The translations under genes were made by a program, and so were the position numbers. 64,000 bases of DNA from a virus, in the IMG/VR virus record IMGVR_UViG_3300050026_000481, positions 22,815 through 86,814 of that record; one strand, written 5' to 3'. Position 1 is the first letter of the stretch, and each line of letters opens with the position of its first letter. This document shows positions 27,848-37,199 of the stretch, in pieces. The notes under the pieces were generated by a model. That model made no database searches. It was given only the letters and a program-made list of their open reading frames with translations, and was not told the origin of the DNA.

Positions 27848-28617
27848 GAAAGATGAATGAAGGGTCCTTTGACCACCAAGTGGACTGTGACTCGTGTGAG
27901 CGCTTGACTGAAGAAGAAGCCCGAGAACAACTGTGCGGCAACTGCAGTGTGGAAGAGGAGCGCAACGCTGCACGCCTGACGAGAGACTACTACCTTCGGA
28001 AGGTCGCCTCGCTTGAGGTAAGCATCAAAGAACTGAATCGAACCGTCGAGTTCCTAAAGCGCGAAGTGGCGCGGAAGAGCGAACAGGTTGAATTCTTAAA
28101 ATGAGGTGGGGTGTATGAGCATACCAAACGAAATACGGCAAGCGGTCGAAGACCTAGGGGCATACGTATATCACGCGGTTGAAATAGCGCCAGGGTACTT
28201 TAATGTTGAGACAACAACGGGAATGCGCGCGGCTAAACTCGTGAATGGAAATGTGGAGGTTTACTAATGGTAGTCGATTTATCCGATTTCAAAATCTGCC
28301 AGCTAATCGCCATCCAGAAAGATATACTCGCGCGCCTGCACGAGGCTGACGACAAGGACTTCGCGCTGGCAGAAGTCGCGCGGGTGGACCGTGAGTTAGA
28401 GAGAAGGTATATGCAGAACTGAGGTAGACAATGACCAAGAAGTTTTACGAAGAGGAACTGGGGGAAGAAACTATAGAAGAAATACGTAAGATGTCAATTC
28501 TTAATTTAAGCGCGCTTTACCACGATTTAAAGAAGAATTATACGTCCCGCAACCAACTACTAATGTATGCTATAGAGGATGAGTTTCAACGCTTATCTGA
28601 GTGGTGAGGTTTGAACA

Positions 28618-28803
28618 ATGACAGAAGAAGAAAAATACTTATTAACTGTAGCCGAAGTTTCCGTGATTTTACAGGTAAGCAAAGCGCAGGTGTACCGGAT
28701 GATAAAAAGCGGTAAACTGCCGTATATTAAAATCGGCGAGAGAGGATACAGAATCCAGCGGGAGCCGTTCTTTAGGTGGTTGGCCGGTGGGATGATTCCA
28801 TGA
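28618..28803 (+). CDS. excisionase-like HTH (HTH_17) DNA-binding protein
   Basis: LLTVAEVSVILQVSKAQVYRMIKSGKLPYIKIG..YRI. Confidence 0.85.
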   Translation: MTEEEKYLLTVAEVSVILQVSKAQVYRMIKSGKLPYIKIGERGYRIQREPFFRWLAGGMIP

Positions 28804-29231
28804 GCGTTACCGACACGTGCTGTTTAATAGCGGCATTTATACTCGTGCTGCCGTTCGCAGTTATTTGGCTGCTGGCAGCAGGGGTCGAGTGGTCGGCGGC
28901 AAAGGCAGGATTTGAGGTGGCACACGGATGGAACTAGAATATTGCCACATGCGCGAAATCATCAACGGCGCGACTGCGTGCGGTGAGTCATGCGCGTGGC
29001 AGCCGTTCTGTGTAACGATACGCGCTTTAGAAGAAAGGATATCGCGGCTAGAGGAACATCAGAGGGAGTGCAAGAGATGACGCCAAAAGCAAAACAATCT
29101 CAACGCGACAGCCTGCGCGACAAAGCGGCTAAAGTAGACCGTTATCTGATGGATGGCTATTCTGCGCATGATGCTGAGTTAATGGCAGAAGCAGAAATGG
29201 AGCTAGAATCCGGCGGAAAACTGGATACTAA

Positions 29232-29558
29232 ATGACTACAGACAGCCGCAGGGAAAAACTCGCGTTAGCAGTATTTACTAGGAACGCTAAATGGCCGAAG
29301 GTTAGAAAGTTATTCTTAAAGTTGAACGCTAGATGTGCAGTATGCGGCGGCAGGAAACGATTAGAAGCGCATCATGTGAAACCTTTCCAGTGGTATCCGG
29401 AACTAGAATTAGATGAATCCAATCTGATTACCCTCTGCGCTGCGCATCACCTTTTATTGGGTCACCTGGGACACTGGACAAGTTATAATGAGAGAATTGT
29501 CGAGGACGCGGCCGCGTGGGCAGAAAAGATAAGGGAAAGGCCGAAATGGCGGCAGTGA
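29232..29558 (+). CDS. small HNH endonuclease (HK97 gp74-like)
   Basis: CAVCG..LEAHHVKP...NLITLC..HH. Confidence 0.85.
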   Translation: MTTDSRREKLALAVFTRNAKWPKVRKLFLKLNARCAVCGGRKRLEAHHVKPFQWYPELELDESNLITLCAAHHLLLGHLGHWTSYNERIVEDAAAWAEKIRERPKWRQ

Positions 29559-30464
29559 AGGGATTAAGATGGACGAAGTCAAATTAGAAAATTTAATGTC
29601 AAGTCTCACCGAAGACCTACTAACTGAAATGAGCCACAAACTGAATGCTCATGAGGTTTCAATGGGTGAGATGCTGCAGGTGTTTCAGATGCTGATGGCG
29701 TACGTTACACCGATGGTGAAGAAATGACCGAAAAAGAGTTATTAAAGCCACTACGTAAACAGGCGCAAGAAGAAACGGGTATTAGAAAGGTAATCTACAA
29801 TGAAATGCTGCGGCAAATAAATGAGAAGTTTCCAACGGGAGAATTCACGCGAGAAGAACTGCTCTGTGAGTTGGATAGACAAGGAAGAGAAGCAAAGAAA
29901 AATCTAGAAGAAGACAAAGCGCGGGGGTTGAAAAATGGAATGTAGTGCGTGTGGGAAGAAGATAGGAAGTAGGGAAGTACACTACTCAGGTATACGAGAA
30001 AACGTGCCGTTTCGGGTGCATCCTGCCTGCTATAGTAGATGGTGTAAGCGGCAGGCGGAAGGTAAAAAAACCACTGGTTAATCGTCGATAAAACCCCGGA
30101 CCTTCAAGGTGTTTACGAAGTTTCGTGATGGTTCTTTTATACTAGAAATAGCATCATCATCATCGTAGGCTGTTTCATTGGCCTATCTAAAGGCGAAACT
30201 CCGGTATTATACAATAGAAAAAACCGCTGAAAAATGCAAACTTTTCAAAATTGCTAATGCAGGGGTTACTTGACTACAAACCGATGAAATAATCGGTGAG
30301 GGTAAAGAAATGAAAAAAGTAAAGGGGCCAAACCCCACTAGAGACAAGTTTGGTATTTTAATACCAAACGCCGAACAGCTAGAAGAGTTGAATGAAGCAT
30401 GCGCTTTAAGCAAAATGCAGAAACTACACGAAGTCGCTAGTAATAGCAGGAACAGATAAAGGGT

Positions 30465-30617
30465 TCAGTCCACAGTTATTTTCCAGTATGTGAGTAGTTC
30501 CTCATAAGGCGTAAACTCAATAACTACTGTTGGGTTTTCCTTCGGGCCGGTTTCATGCCAACGGGCTAACGGCACAAACTCACTTGGTTCGCCTTTGTTC
30601 GTATCTTGTGTGACCAT
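30465..30617 (-). CDS. 50-aa hypothetical protein co-transcribed with the Ntn hydrolase
   Basis: GAGGTG RBS overlapping the end of the upstream gene; MVTQDTNKGEPSEFVPLARW... Confidence 0.5.
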   Translation of the reverse strand: MVTQDTNKGEPSEFVPLARWHETGPKENPTVVIEFTPYEELLTYWKITVD

Positions 30618-30628
30618 ACCAACACCTC

Positions 30629-31399
30629 TTATGCAGCTTCACATGTTAAAGTTTTTCGTTTGATGATATCTAAGCCTTTCTCCGGTGTGATAATGCAAAC
30701 GTCAATCTCACCACCACACCCGCGTTCACCTACGGCAAAGCTTTGGGCTTTAATCGTCGTTTCGATGAGAAATGTCGCTAAATCGATTGAATCCTGTAGT
30801 GTCAGATTTTGGTAAGGGATGAAAAACGCCAGTTGGACTTGTTCAAGAAGGTCATTTTTTACATGATTATCTAAGGAATTTATTGCCCCTTCAAGAGCGT
30901 TACTATAGCCTTTTAACAAGCGATACGTCACTTCTTTCTGTCCTGCGAATGTAAGGGTAAACACTCCTTCTCCCTGTTCGATTGGCTTAGAGTTTGAAGG
31001 AATATCGAATGAATAGACTTTACCGTAAGGGTCAGCCTTATCAAATCCTGCTACAATGAATGAAATTGGTTCAACTCGCTCTTCTGGTTTTGCAGCATTC
31101 CACTTCTCGGCAAAAAAAGCTGAAAGCTTCTCAGAAAACCCAAGTACCGATAATCTCTCCTTTTTTAGGTATTTATCTAATTCTGGAAGATATGAATGAA
31201 TTGGCTTTGGGCCTATGGCAGCAAGGCCACACGTTACCGCCCCAACATAGTTATGACGCTTAAACGAAAGCACTTTAGGAGTACTGTCGTAACTTCCAAC
31301 ATAGGTTCTCTCTTTCTTATCTTGAAACTTTACGGTCTTCCTACTTTCAGCGGCCAAAACCAAGCCTTCGGGTACTTTTACCACGAAAACCAACGACAT
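30629..31399 (-). CDS. proteasome beta-subunit-like Ntn hydrolase
   Basis: (M)SLVFVVKVPEGLVLAAESRKT, K at the Lys33-equivalent position, FIVAGFD, LQDSIDLA, GCGGEIDV; leaderless ATG 31399 about 30 nt after TATA. Confidence 0.75.
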   Translation of the reverse strand: MSLVFVVKVPEGLVLAAESRKTVKFQDKKERTYVGSYDSTPKVLSFKRHNYVGAVTCGLAAIGPKPIHSYLPELDKYLKKERLSVLGFSEKLSAFFAEKWNAAKPEERVEPISFIVAGFDKADPYGKVYSFDIPSNSKPIEQGEGVFTLTFAGQKEVTYRLLKGYSNALEGAINSLDNHVKNDLLEQVQLAFFIPYQNLTLQDSIDLATFLIETTIKAQSFAVGERGCGGEIDVCIITPEKGLDIIKRKTLTCEAA

Positions 31400-31456
31400 A
31401 GAGTAGCTATGTGTGACAATGAGCGTTATATACACTTCGTTTTGACTCTTGTTTTA

Positions 31457-31580
31457 GAAACGATTAAGAGTAACTACGCTAAATCGTTTGGCGGGAGCCA
31501 GTAACCTTCTAGTTAATGGGGGTATCTTGTAGTATCTCTCCCCCTCGCCTACTAGGGGGTCTGTGCTCCCACAGCTTTTG
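31457..31580 (+). ncRNA. candidate structured ncRNA divergent from the Ntn hydrolase
   Basis: Hairpin AAACGATT/AATCGTTT (31458-31489); long hairpin GGGAGC/GCTCCC + ACCTTCTAGT/ACTAGGGGGT + GGGGG/CCCCC (31493-31570). Confidence 0.5.
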
Positions 31581-31605
31581 ATTCTAATAAGTGTTGCAAA
31601 ATGAT

Positions 31606-31623
31606 ATATAACATATGTTATAT
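31606..31623. promoter_or_regulatory. perfect 18-bp palindrome
   Basis: ATATAACAT|ATGTTATAT. Confidence 0.5.
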
Positions 31624-31973
31624 TTGTAGCAAATCTTGGCCAACCGATTCAGCAACCGCATTTTTAACAGCTCTGTTTAAAAAGTCTGAATTGTGTTTGA
31701 AAAGTCGGGTGGTTTTGGGAGTTATTAAACAAAGCCGCAAAAACCATTGGGTATATGTATCTTCACCCCGACGGTTCAAACAAGCAAAGGGTTATGGTTA
31801 CTCCGTTCGGGAAATATAACCTTAAACCTGAAGAGTATGACATGAAAGTGCTTGCAAAACACGGGATTGTTTGGTGGGGTATAAATTCGTCACTGCATTT
31901 ACTAGGTGCGGATGGAAACAACGTGTTCTAAGTAGGGGCGTATCCCCCACTTTTTTTTATTTTTGGATAAACA

Positions 31974-32606
31974 ATGAAACCGTTTCCAAATAAGAAATAC
32001 AATATAATTTATGCCGACCCGCCGTGGAACTATCAAGACCAGAGCTGCGGTGGTGGTTTACATGAACGCGTAAAACCGCCGATAAAGGAGGCATATATCA
32101 AAGAACAGTATGCTACTATGGATATAGAAGACATCTGCGCGTTGGAGGTTCAGGACATTTCTGATAAAGATTGTGTATTATTCTTATGGGCAACGTACCC
32201 CATGCTGCCGGAGGCATTACAAGTTATCGATGCGTGGGGATTCGCATACAAATCAATAGCGTTCCAATGGATTAAAATGAACAAAAAAGACGGGCAACCA
32301 TTCTACGGCCTTGGACGATGGACGCGCGGAAATACAGAACCGTGTCTTTTAGCCACGAAGGGGAAACCAAAGCGGGATTCTAATAGTGTGTTCCAGCTAA
32401 TACTTGAAGCACCCATAACAGGGCATAGCGCAAAGCCGCACGCAGCGCGCGAAAAGATATTACAATTAATGGGTGATTTACCTCGCATCGAACTCTTTGC
32501 ACGTAATAGAGTTCCAGGATGGGACGCATGGGGTGATGACGTGAGATTAGAAACACAACAGTCCTTACTAGGGGGGTCCGGTGAATATACACTGGTTAAT
32601 TACTGA
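31974..32606 (+). CDS. MT-A70 family N6-adenine methyltransferase
   Basis: IIYADPPW, LFLWAT, W.K, NTEPCLLA.KG, HSAKP, RIELFAR. Confidence 0.92.
   Translation: MKPFPNKKYNIIYADPPWNYQDQSCGGGLHERVKPPIKEAYIKEQYATMDIEDICALEVQDISDKDCVLFLWATYPMLPEALQVIDAWGFAYKSIAFQWIKMNKKDGQPFYGLGRWTRGNTEPCLLATKGKPKRDSNSVFQLILEAPITGHSAKPHAAREKILQLMGDLPRIELFARNRVPGWDAWGDDVRLETQQSLLGGSGEYTLVNY
32585..32599. promoter_or_regulatory. 15-bp quasi-palindromic site upstream of the portal promoter
   Basis: ATATACA-C-TGGTTAA; TTATTATAAT at ~32643. Confidence 0.55.
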
Positions 32607-32675
32607 AAATTTCTAGTTTTTTTGCTACAAGTTCATCGTTACTTATTATAATATTCTCGCCGCTAGTTAATAGCG

Positions 32676-34184
32676 GTGACTAACAGTCCCGAAGAGCGTA
32701 AGCTATTTTCTAGGATACGTGATAGACTTAGCGGACGCGCCGAACAAAAGCGGGCGGCAGCGTCTGGCGCGAGCCAAGGCACTTTAATTAAACTTTTTGG
32801 AAATCAAGAATCAAGTTCGATAAAACGTGATTCAGCAGCGTATCTCAAAGCGTTTAATGAACTACCGTGGTTACGAGCTTCAGTTACCAAACTGGCAAAT
32901 TCCTTAGCGGCTAATGACTGGGAAATCCTCATCGTAAAAACAGAAACAGACGATACTGGAGAAACCATAGTTGTTGAGGAAGAACCAAATTCTTTAATCC
33001 CCTTACAGTCTTTTCTCAATTCACCCAACCCAGACCTTAGCTGGTCGCAGCTTCTGTGGCTCACTGACGTCTATTTAGAGCTTGTGGGTGAGGCCTTCTG
33101 GTACTTAACTACCATAGGCGGAGAAGTTCAAGCGTATCCACTCCAACCGGACAAGGTAGTTAGGGTGCCCACATATGAAGACCCGTACTACCATTTTGCA
33201 AGTTATAAAGGTGAACAAATTCTTAACCCTGCTGATGTTATCGCCTTTTCTCACCCTGACCCTACTAATCCTTTGATGGGGCGTGGTGTCGGACTCGCGC
33301 AATCATTATCACATGACTTGGACACCGACGACGCGGCATCACGCTACGTTTTATCTTATTTTAATAACAGCGCCCGCCCTCCACTTTTAATCTATGGAGA
33401 AGGATTAAATGCAGAAAGGGTCCGCCAAATGGAGGACGACTGGAATCAGCAATCCCAAGGCTTCTGGAATGCTGGTAAAGCCCGTTTCCTATCGCGCAAA
33501 GTAGAAATCAAAGAACTCTCACAGAAGTTCGAAGGCACCGACATCGTAAACTTACGCCAACACCAGCGCGACGTAGTGGCTAGTGTCATGGGCGTACCCC
33601 CTGAAATCCTTGGCATCCTACAAGCTTCTAACCGCGCCACGATAGACGCCGCAGACCTTTTCTTTTCACGTTACACACTAAAACCCCGCCTCGACTTTTT
33701 GCAGGAAATATTCAATCAACAGCTAGTACCCCGCTTCGATGATACGGGTACTGTTGTTATGAAATACATCAACCCCACGCAGAAGGATAAGGAGACGATT
33801 CTAAAGGCGGCCCGCTTCATGCCTTCGGCTCTCTCAATCAACGATTGGCGCGAGCTTATGGAGTTCGACCCTCTCGACGGCGACGACGGCGACTGTTACC
33901 TTGTACCACTCAATATGCAAATCCTCCCAAAGCTAAAGGGCGGAACTACAGAAGCAGGCCCATCACAGGCTCCGGGAACCCCACCTGGTGCAGCAGCCGA
34001 ACCGAAGCCCGCCGCGGAACCAGTCCCAGCCGCTGAGCCGGCTGCCGCTGCCGCCTACGGCAATAAATCACCGTTACCACTAATCGACTCAAACGGCGTT
34101 AAGAAAGAGCCAGAAATCGGCGAGACAGAGACTCCATTCGGCACCCTCAAAGGCCGCAAGGTAAAGCATTTTAAGGACAAGTAG
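32676..34184 (+). CDS. portal protein (HK97 family)
   Basis: PNP..SW, L.GEAFW, YPLQPDKV, G.G, YFNNSARP, GVPPEILG, SIND.R. Confidence 0.92.
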   Translation: MTNSPEERKLFSRIRDRLSGRAEQKRAAASGASQGTLIKLFGNQESSSIKRDSAAYLKAFNELPWLRASVTKLANSLAANDWEILIVKTETDDTGETIVVEEEPNSLIPLQSFLNSPNPDLSWSQLLWLTDVYLELVGEAFWYLTTIGGEVQAYPLQPDKVVRVPTYEDPYYHFASYKGEQILNPADVIAFSHPDPTNPLMGRGVGLAQSLSHDLDTDDAASRYVLSYFNNSARPPLLIYGEGLNAERVRQMEDDWNQQSQGFWNAGKARFLSRKVEIKELSQKFEGTDIVNLRQHQRDVVASVMGVPPEILGILQASNRATIDAADLFFSRYTLKPRLDFLQEIFNQQLVPRFDDTGTVVMKYINPTQKDKETILKAARFMPSALSINDWRELMEFDPLDGDDGDCYLVPLNMQILPKLKGGTTEAGPSQAPGTPPGAAAEPKPAAEPVPAAEPAAAAAYGNKSPLPLIDSNGVKKEPEIGETETPFGTLKGRKVKHFKDK

Positions 34185-34187
34185 GGC

Positions 34188-34406
34188 ATGCTAAAGAAGC
34201 CCAAACTTCCCGTTCTCACTATATTTGTCCCTGAGTATTGCAGCAACTGCCGCACGCCGTACAACGAAGACAATTTTAAATTCACACTAGTCGGTTCGGA
34301 ACACCACTGTGCATGGCTTTGCAATAGCTGTTTCGTGCGGCTTCACGCGGAGGCAATGGAAAAAGAAAATGCGCTCCGTTTAGATGTGGAACTTACGAGG
34401 AGATGA
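34188..34406 (+). CDS. small zinc-finger protein
   Basis: CSNC...LCNSC. Confidence 0.6.
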   Translation: MLKKPKLPVLTIFVPEYCSNCRTPYNEDNFKFTLVGSEHHCAWLCNSCFVRLHAEAMEKENALRLDVELTRR

Positions 34407-34407
34407 A

Positions 34408-35082
34408 GTGAGCGAGAAGTTATGTACGCGTTGCCACAAGCCGCACGATGAGGATACGAAGCATTGCGCAGCGTGCAAAACGTATGAACGTGATTGGAAG
34501 CGACAGCATCCACCTTCACCTGAGAAAAAGAAAGAAAGAGAAGAATACGAAAAACAGTGGCGCAAGGATAATCCCGAAAGGGTAAAAGCACAGCGAACGG
34601 CTTGGAAAAGAAACAACCTAGAGAAGGTCAAAGAAAGTGATGCTAAGTCATACCAAAAATATAAAGAAGAAATCCAAGCACGTAGGCGCGAGTTTTATAA
34701 AACCCACCCTGACAGATATGAAGCAACCCTAAAGAAGAAAGCCGGTTACCAAAAAACCCACCCACAGGTGCAGAAAAAGGCACACAAAAAGTGGGCGAAG
34801 ACACACCCAGAAACTATTATAAGACTTTCACATGAGTATCGTGCTCGCAAGATGGGGGCGGCTGGCACATTTACCATTGAAGAAATTAAACAGCTGAGGG
34901 AGAAACAGGGCAATCGTTGCTACTATTGTGGTGATTATTTAGTTAATGTTCATATTGAACATAAGACCCCACTTATCCGTGGTGGTTCTAATGATATTTC
35001 AAATATCGCACTTTCCTGCCCGCTTTGTAATATAAGGAAGCACGATATGACAGAAGAAGAATTTTTGGTGGTGATAAGATGA
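34408..35082 (+). CDS. HNH endonuclease
   Basis: CYYCG..VHIEHKTPLIRGGSNDISNIALSCPLCN; close paralog of 3-485. Confidence 0.9.
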   Translation: MSEKLCTRCHKPHDEDTKHCAACKTYERDWKRQHPPSPEKKKEREEYEKQWRKDNPERVKAQRTAWKRNNLEKVKESDAKSYQKYKEEIQARRREFYKTHPDRYEATLKKKAGYQKTHPQVQKKAHKKWAKTHPETIIRLSHEYRARKMGAAGTFTIEEIKQLREKQGNRCYYCGDYLVNVHIEHKTPLIRGGSNDISNIALSCPLCNIRKHDMTEEEFLVVIR

Positions 35083-37151
35083 CGCTAGAAAAGGACGTTC
35101 AGCACGGCGTTCCAGTATTCAAAACCTTACGAATCAAGGATATTACCGATGCTTCAACTGAAAGCGCGATGAGACTACAATTTACAATCTCAAACGAACA
35201 GGTTGACCGTGATGGAGATAGCATCGATGTAAAGGGCTGGACGCTAGACAATTTTACAAAGAACCCCGTAGTTTGCTGGGCTCACCAATATGATAAGTTA
35301 CCTTTAGGGCGCGCATTGAAAACATGGAAAGCCGGCGATGAGCTTAAATCACTTGTTGAGTTTAGCCCAGACTTTTTATATGATGATAATTACCACGGAA
35401 TCCGTGGTTCAACGGTATTCCGTTTTTACAAGAATGGATATTTGTCAGCCGTTTCCGCGGGGTTTTATCCCCAGGAGTGGACTCCAATGACTGGCAAAGG
35501 CGCGATGGGCACACATTTTGAGAAACAGGACCTTATTGAGTTTAGTTTTGTACCAGTACCATCAAATCCTAATGCCCTTGTACAACGGGAAGGATTCAAT
35601 CAAACTGAAATTAAAGCAATGAAAAAAGAGCTGAATCAGTGGGTGAAAACCGCTCAAGAGCTCTGTCAATGTCCAACCGAGAAAGCGTTGGGCGCAGACG
35701 ATGATACTACCGGCGGGGCACTAGTGCCGCCAGGAGATAACAATGAAGGAGACGAGAAAATGAAAAAGGGAGGAATCTCTTTTAAAGAAGCTCACGCGGA
35801 TGGCACCCCCCTCGCCGAACCAGACGAGAAATGGAACGCCGCGGCAGAGCGCGCCAAATGCCAGAAGGCGGCGCACCTGAAGGCTATTCACGCCGCATTC
35901 AGCGGCGGTGACGATGCTGACAAGAACAACTACGACTTCCCGCACCACGCTGGCGGCGAACCACCTAACCCCGTTCACTTGAAGGCGGTAAAGAAGATTG
36001 CAAAGGCATTCACGCCCGCGCCGCCAGATGACGAGGACGATGGCAAAGACGAACCTGACGAGAACGAACCAGAAAAGAAACAAACCTCGGAAGGCGACGA
36101 ACCTGGACTCGGCTACACTCAGAACGATAACAAAGTAATAATGGACCACATGGCGCAGCACCTCACCGAATTCAAGGAACCAATCCCGTGGGACACGTCA
36201 GTCGGCGATGAAAGCGGCTCTGATACTAAGAAGAAATCCGAGCCAGAAGAAGAAACCAAAGGTGCTATTCCTTACCACAAATATCCACTCTCAACAAGCG
36301 GTTCATGGGACGGCCCGGCGCAGGTGGCAGCGGCTGAAGTTGACGACCTTAAGAAGATGTGCGCGTGGTTTGACAGCGAAAACCCTGAGACTAAATCCAG
36401 TTACAAACTTCCGCATCACATGGCAGACGGCTTCGCTACGGTTAAACAAGGCGTCGTCGCGGCAGGCGGTGTGATGCAGGGCGCACGCGGTGGGGCACAA
36501 ATCCCCGCAGGTGACGTTGGAGCAGTAAAGTCACACTTAGCAAAACACTACGCCGAGTTTGACATGACTGCACCTTGGGAAGCAAAGGCAGAAGCTGGCG
36601 ATGACAAGACAGAGGATGAAGACGAGGAGGAAGAACCAGTGACCCCGAAGGGAGACGCTAAAAAAGCCCTTGAAGACTTAGAAGTCACCAAAATCGGCCG
36701 CACACTCAGCAAAGCCAACGCCGACGCACTTAACGAAGCACTCGGCCACTTCTCAGAAGGTTTCGGCCAGCACGACAAAGGACTTCAGTTCCACGAAAAG
36801 GTAACCAAAGCCCACGCCAAAGCATTGGATGCGCACGAAGAGGCGATGAAATGCTACCAGAAGGGGGCGGACAAGCTGAAATCTGTACTAAAGGCTATGG
36901 GTGACAAACCCGACGAAGGTTCTGAAGCAGAAGAGCAGGCAGAAACGCCGGAAGAAGAAGCTGAGGAACAGGGTAAACCCACTAAAGCGGTTGAACCCGA
37001 ACCTGAGCCTGAATCAGACGAAGAAGTTGAAATTAACGTTAAAGAACAAGAACCGGAAGATGACGTTATCACGTTCGACCCAGAATTATTGGTTGAAGTG
37101 GTAAAGGAAACGGTTGACGCACTTAGAAAGGAATTAGGTTTATTGAGATGA
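35079..37151 (+). CDS. HK97-type prohead protease with duplicated accessory domain and acidic scaffold-like tail
   Basis: VDRDGD, NPVVCWAH, AVSAGF, LIEFSFVPVPSNPNA; two W.....Y.(F/L)PHH...H(M/L)A.H..EF....PW repeats. Confidence 0.9.
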   Translation: MTLEKDVQHGVPVFKTLRIKDITDASTESAMRLQFTISNEQVDRDGDSIDVKGWTLDNFTKNPVVCWAHQYDKLPLGRALKTWKAGDELKSLVEFSPDFLYDDNYHGIRGSTVFRFYKNGYLSAVSAGFYPQEWTPMTGKGAMGTHFEKQDLIEFSFVPVPSNPNALVQREGFNQTEIKAMKKELNQWVKTAQELCQCPTEKALGADDDTTGGALVPPGDNNEGDEKMKKGGISFKEAHADGTPLAEPDEKWNAAAERAKCQKAAHLKAIHAAFSGGDDADKNNYDFPHHAGGEPPNPVHLKAVKKIAKAFTPAPPDDEDDGKDEPDENEPEKKQTSEGDEPGLGYTQNDNKVIMDHMAQHLTEFKEPIPWDTSVGDESGSDTKKKSEPEEETKGAIPYHKYPLSTSGSWDGPAQVAAAEVDDLKKMCAWFDSENPETKSSYKLPHHMADGFATVKQGVVAAGGVMQGARGGAQIPAGDVGAVKSHLAKHYAEFDMTAPWEAKAEAGDDKTEDEDEEEEPVTPKGDAKKALEDLEVTKIGRTLSKANADALNEALGHFSEGFGQHDKGLQFHEKVTKAHAKALDAHEEAMKCYQKGADKLKSVLKAMGDKPDEGSEAEEQAETPEEEAEEQGKPTKAVEPEPEPESDEEVEINVKEQEPEDDVITFDPELLVEVVKETVDALRKELGLLR

Positions 37152-37199
37152 GAGCGCGTCGCTTAGATACGCACTCAAAATAATTGGAGGATTAAAACT

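Noticed and set aside
28618-28803. Integration module implied by the excisionase-like HTH
   Set aside because: No integrase or att duplication in the window; such HTH proteins are often plain regulators.
30207-30617. TGA read-through (selenocysteine) joining the 50-aa ORF to the in-frame 68-aa ORF
   Set aside because: The downstream frame is the antisense shadow of a + strand K/E-rich ORF (30310-30459), and no SECIS-like element was seen.
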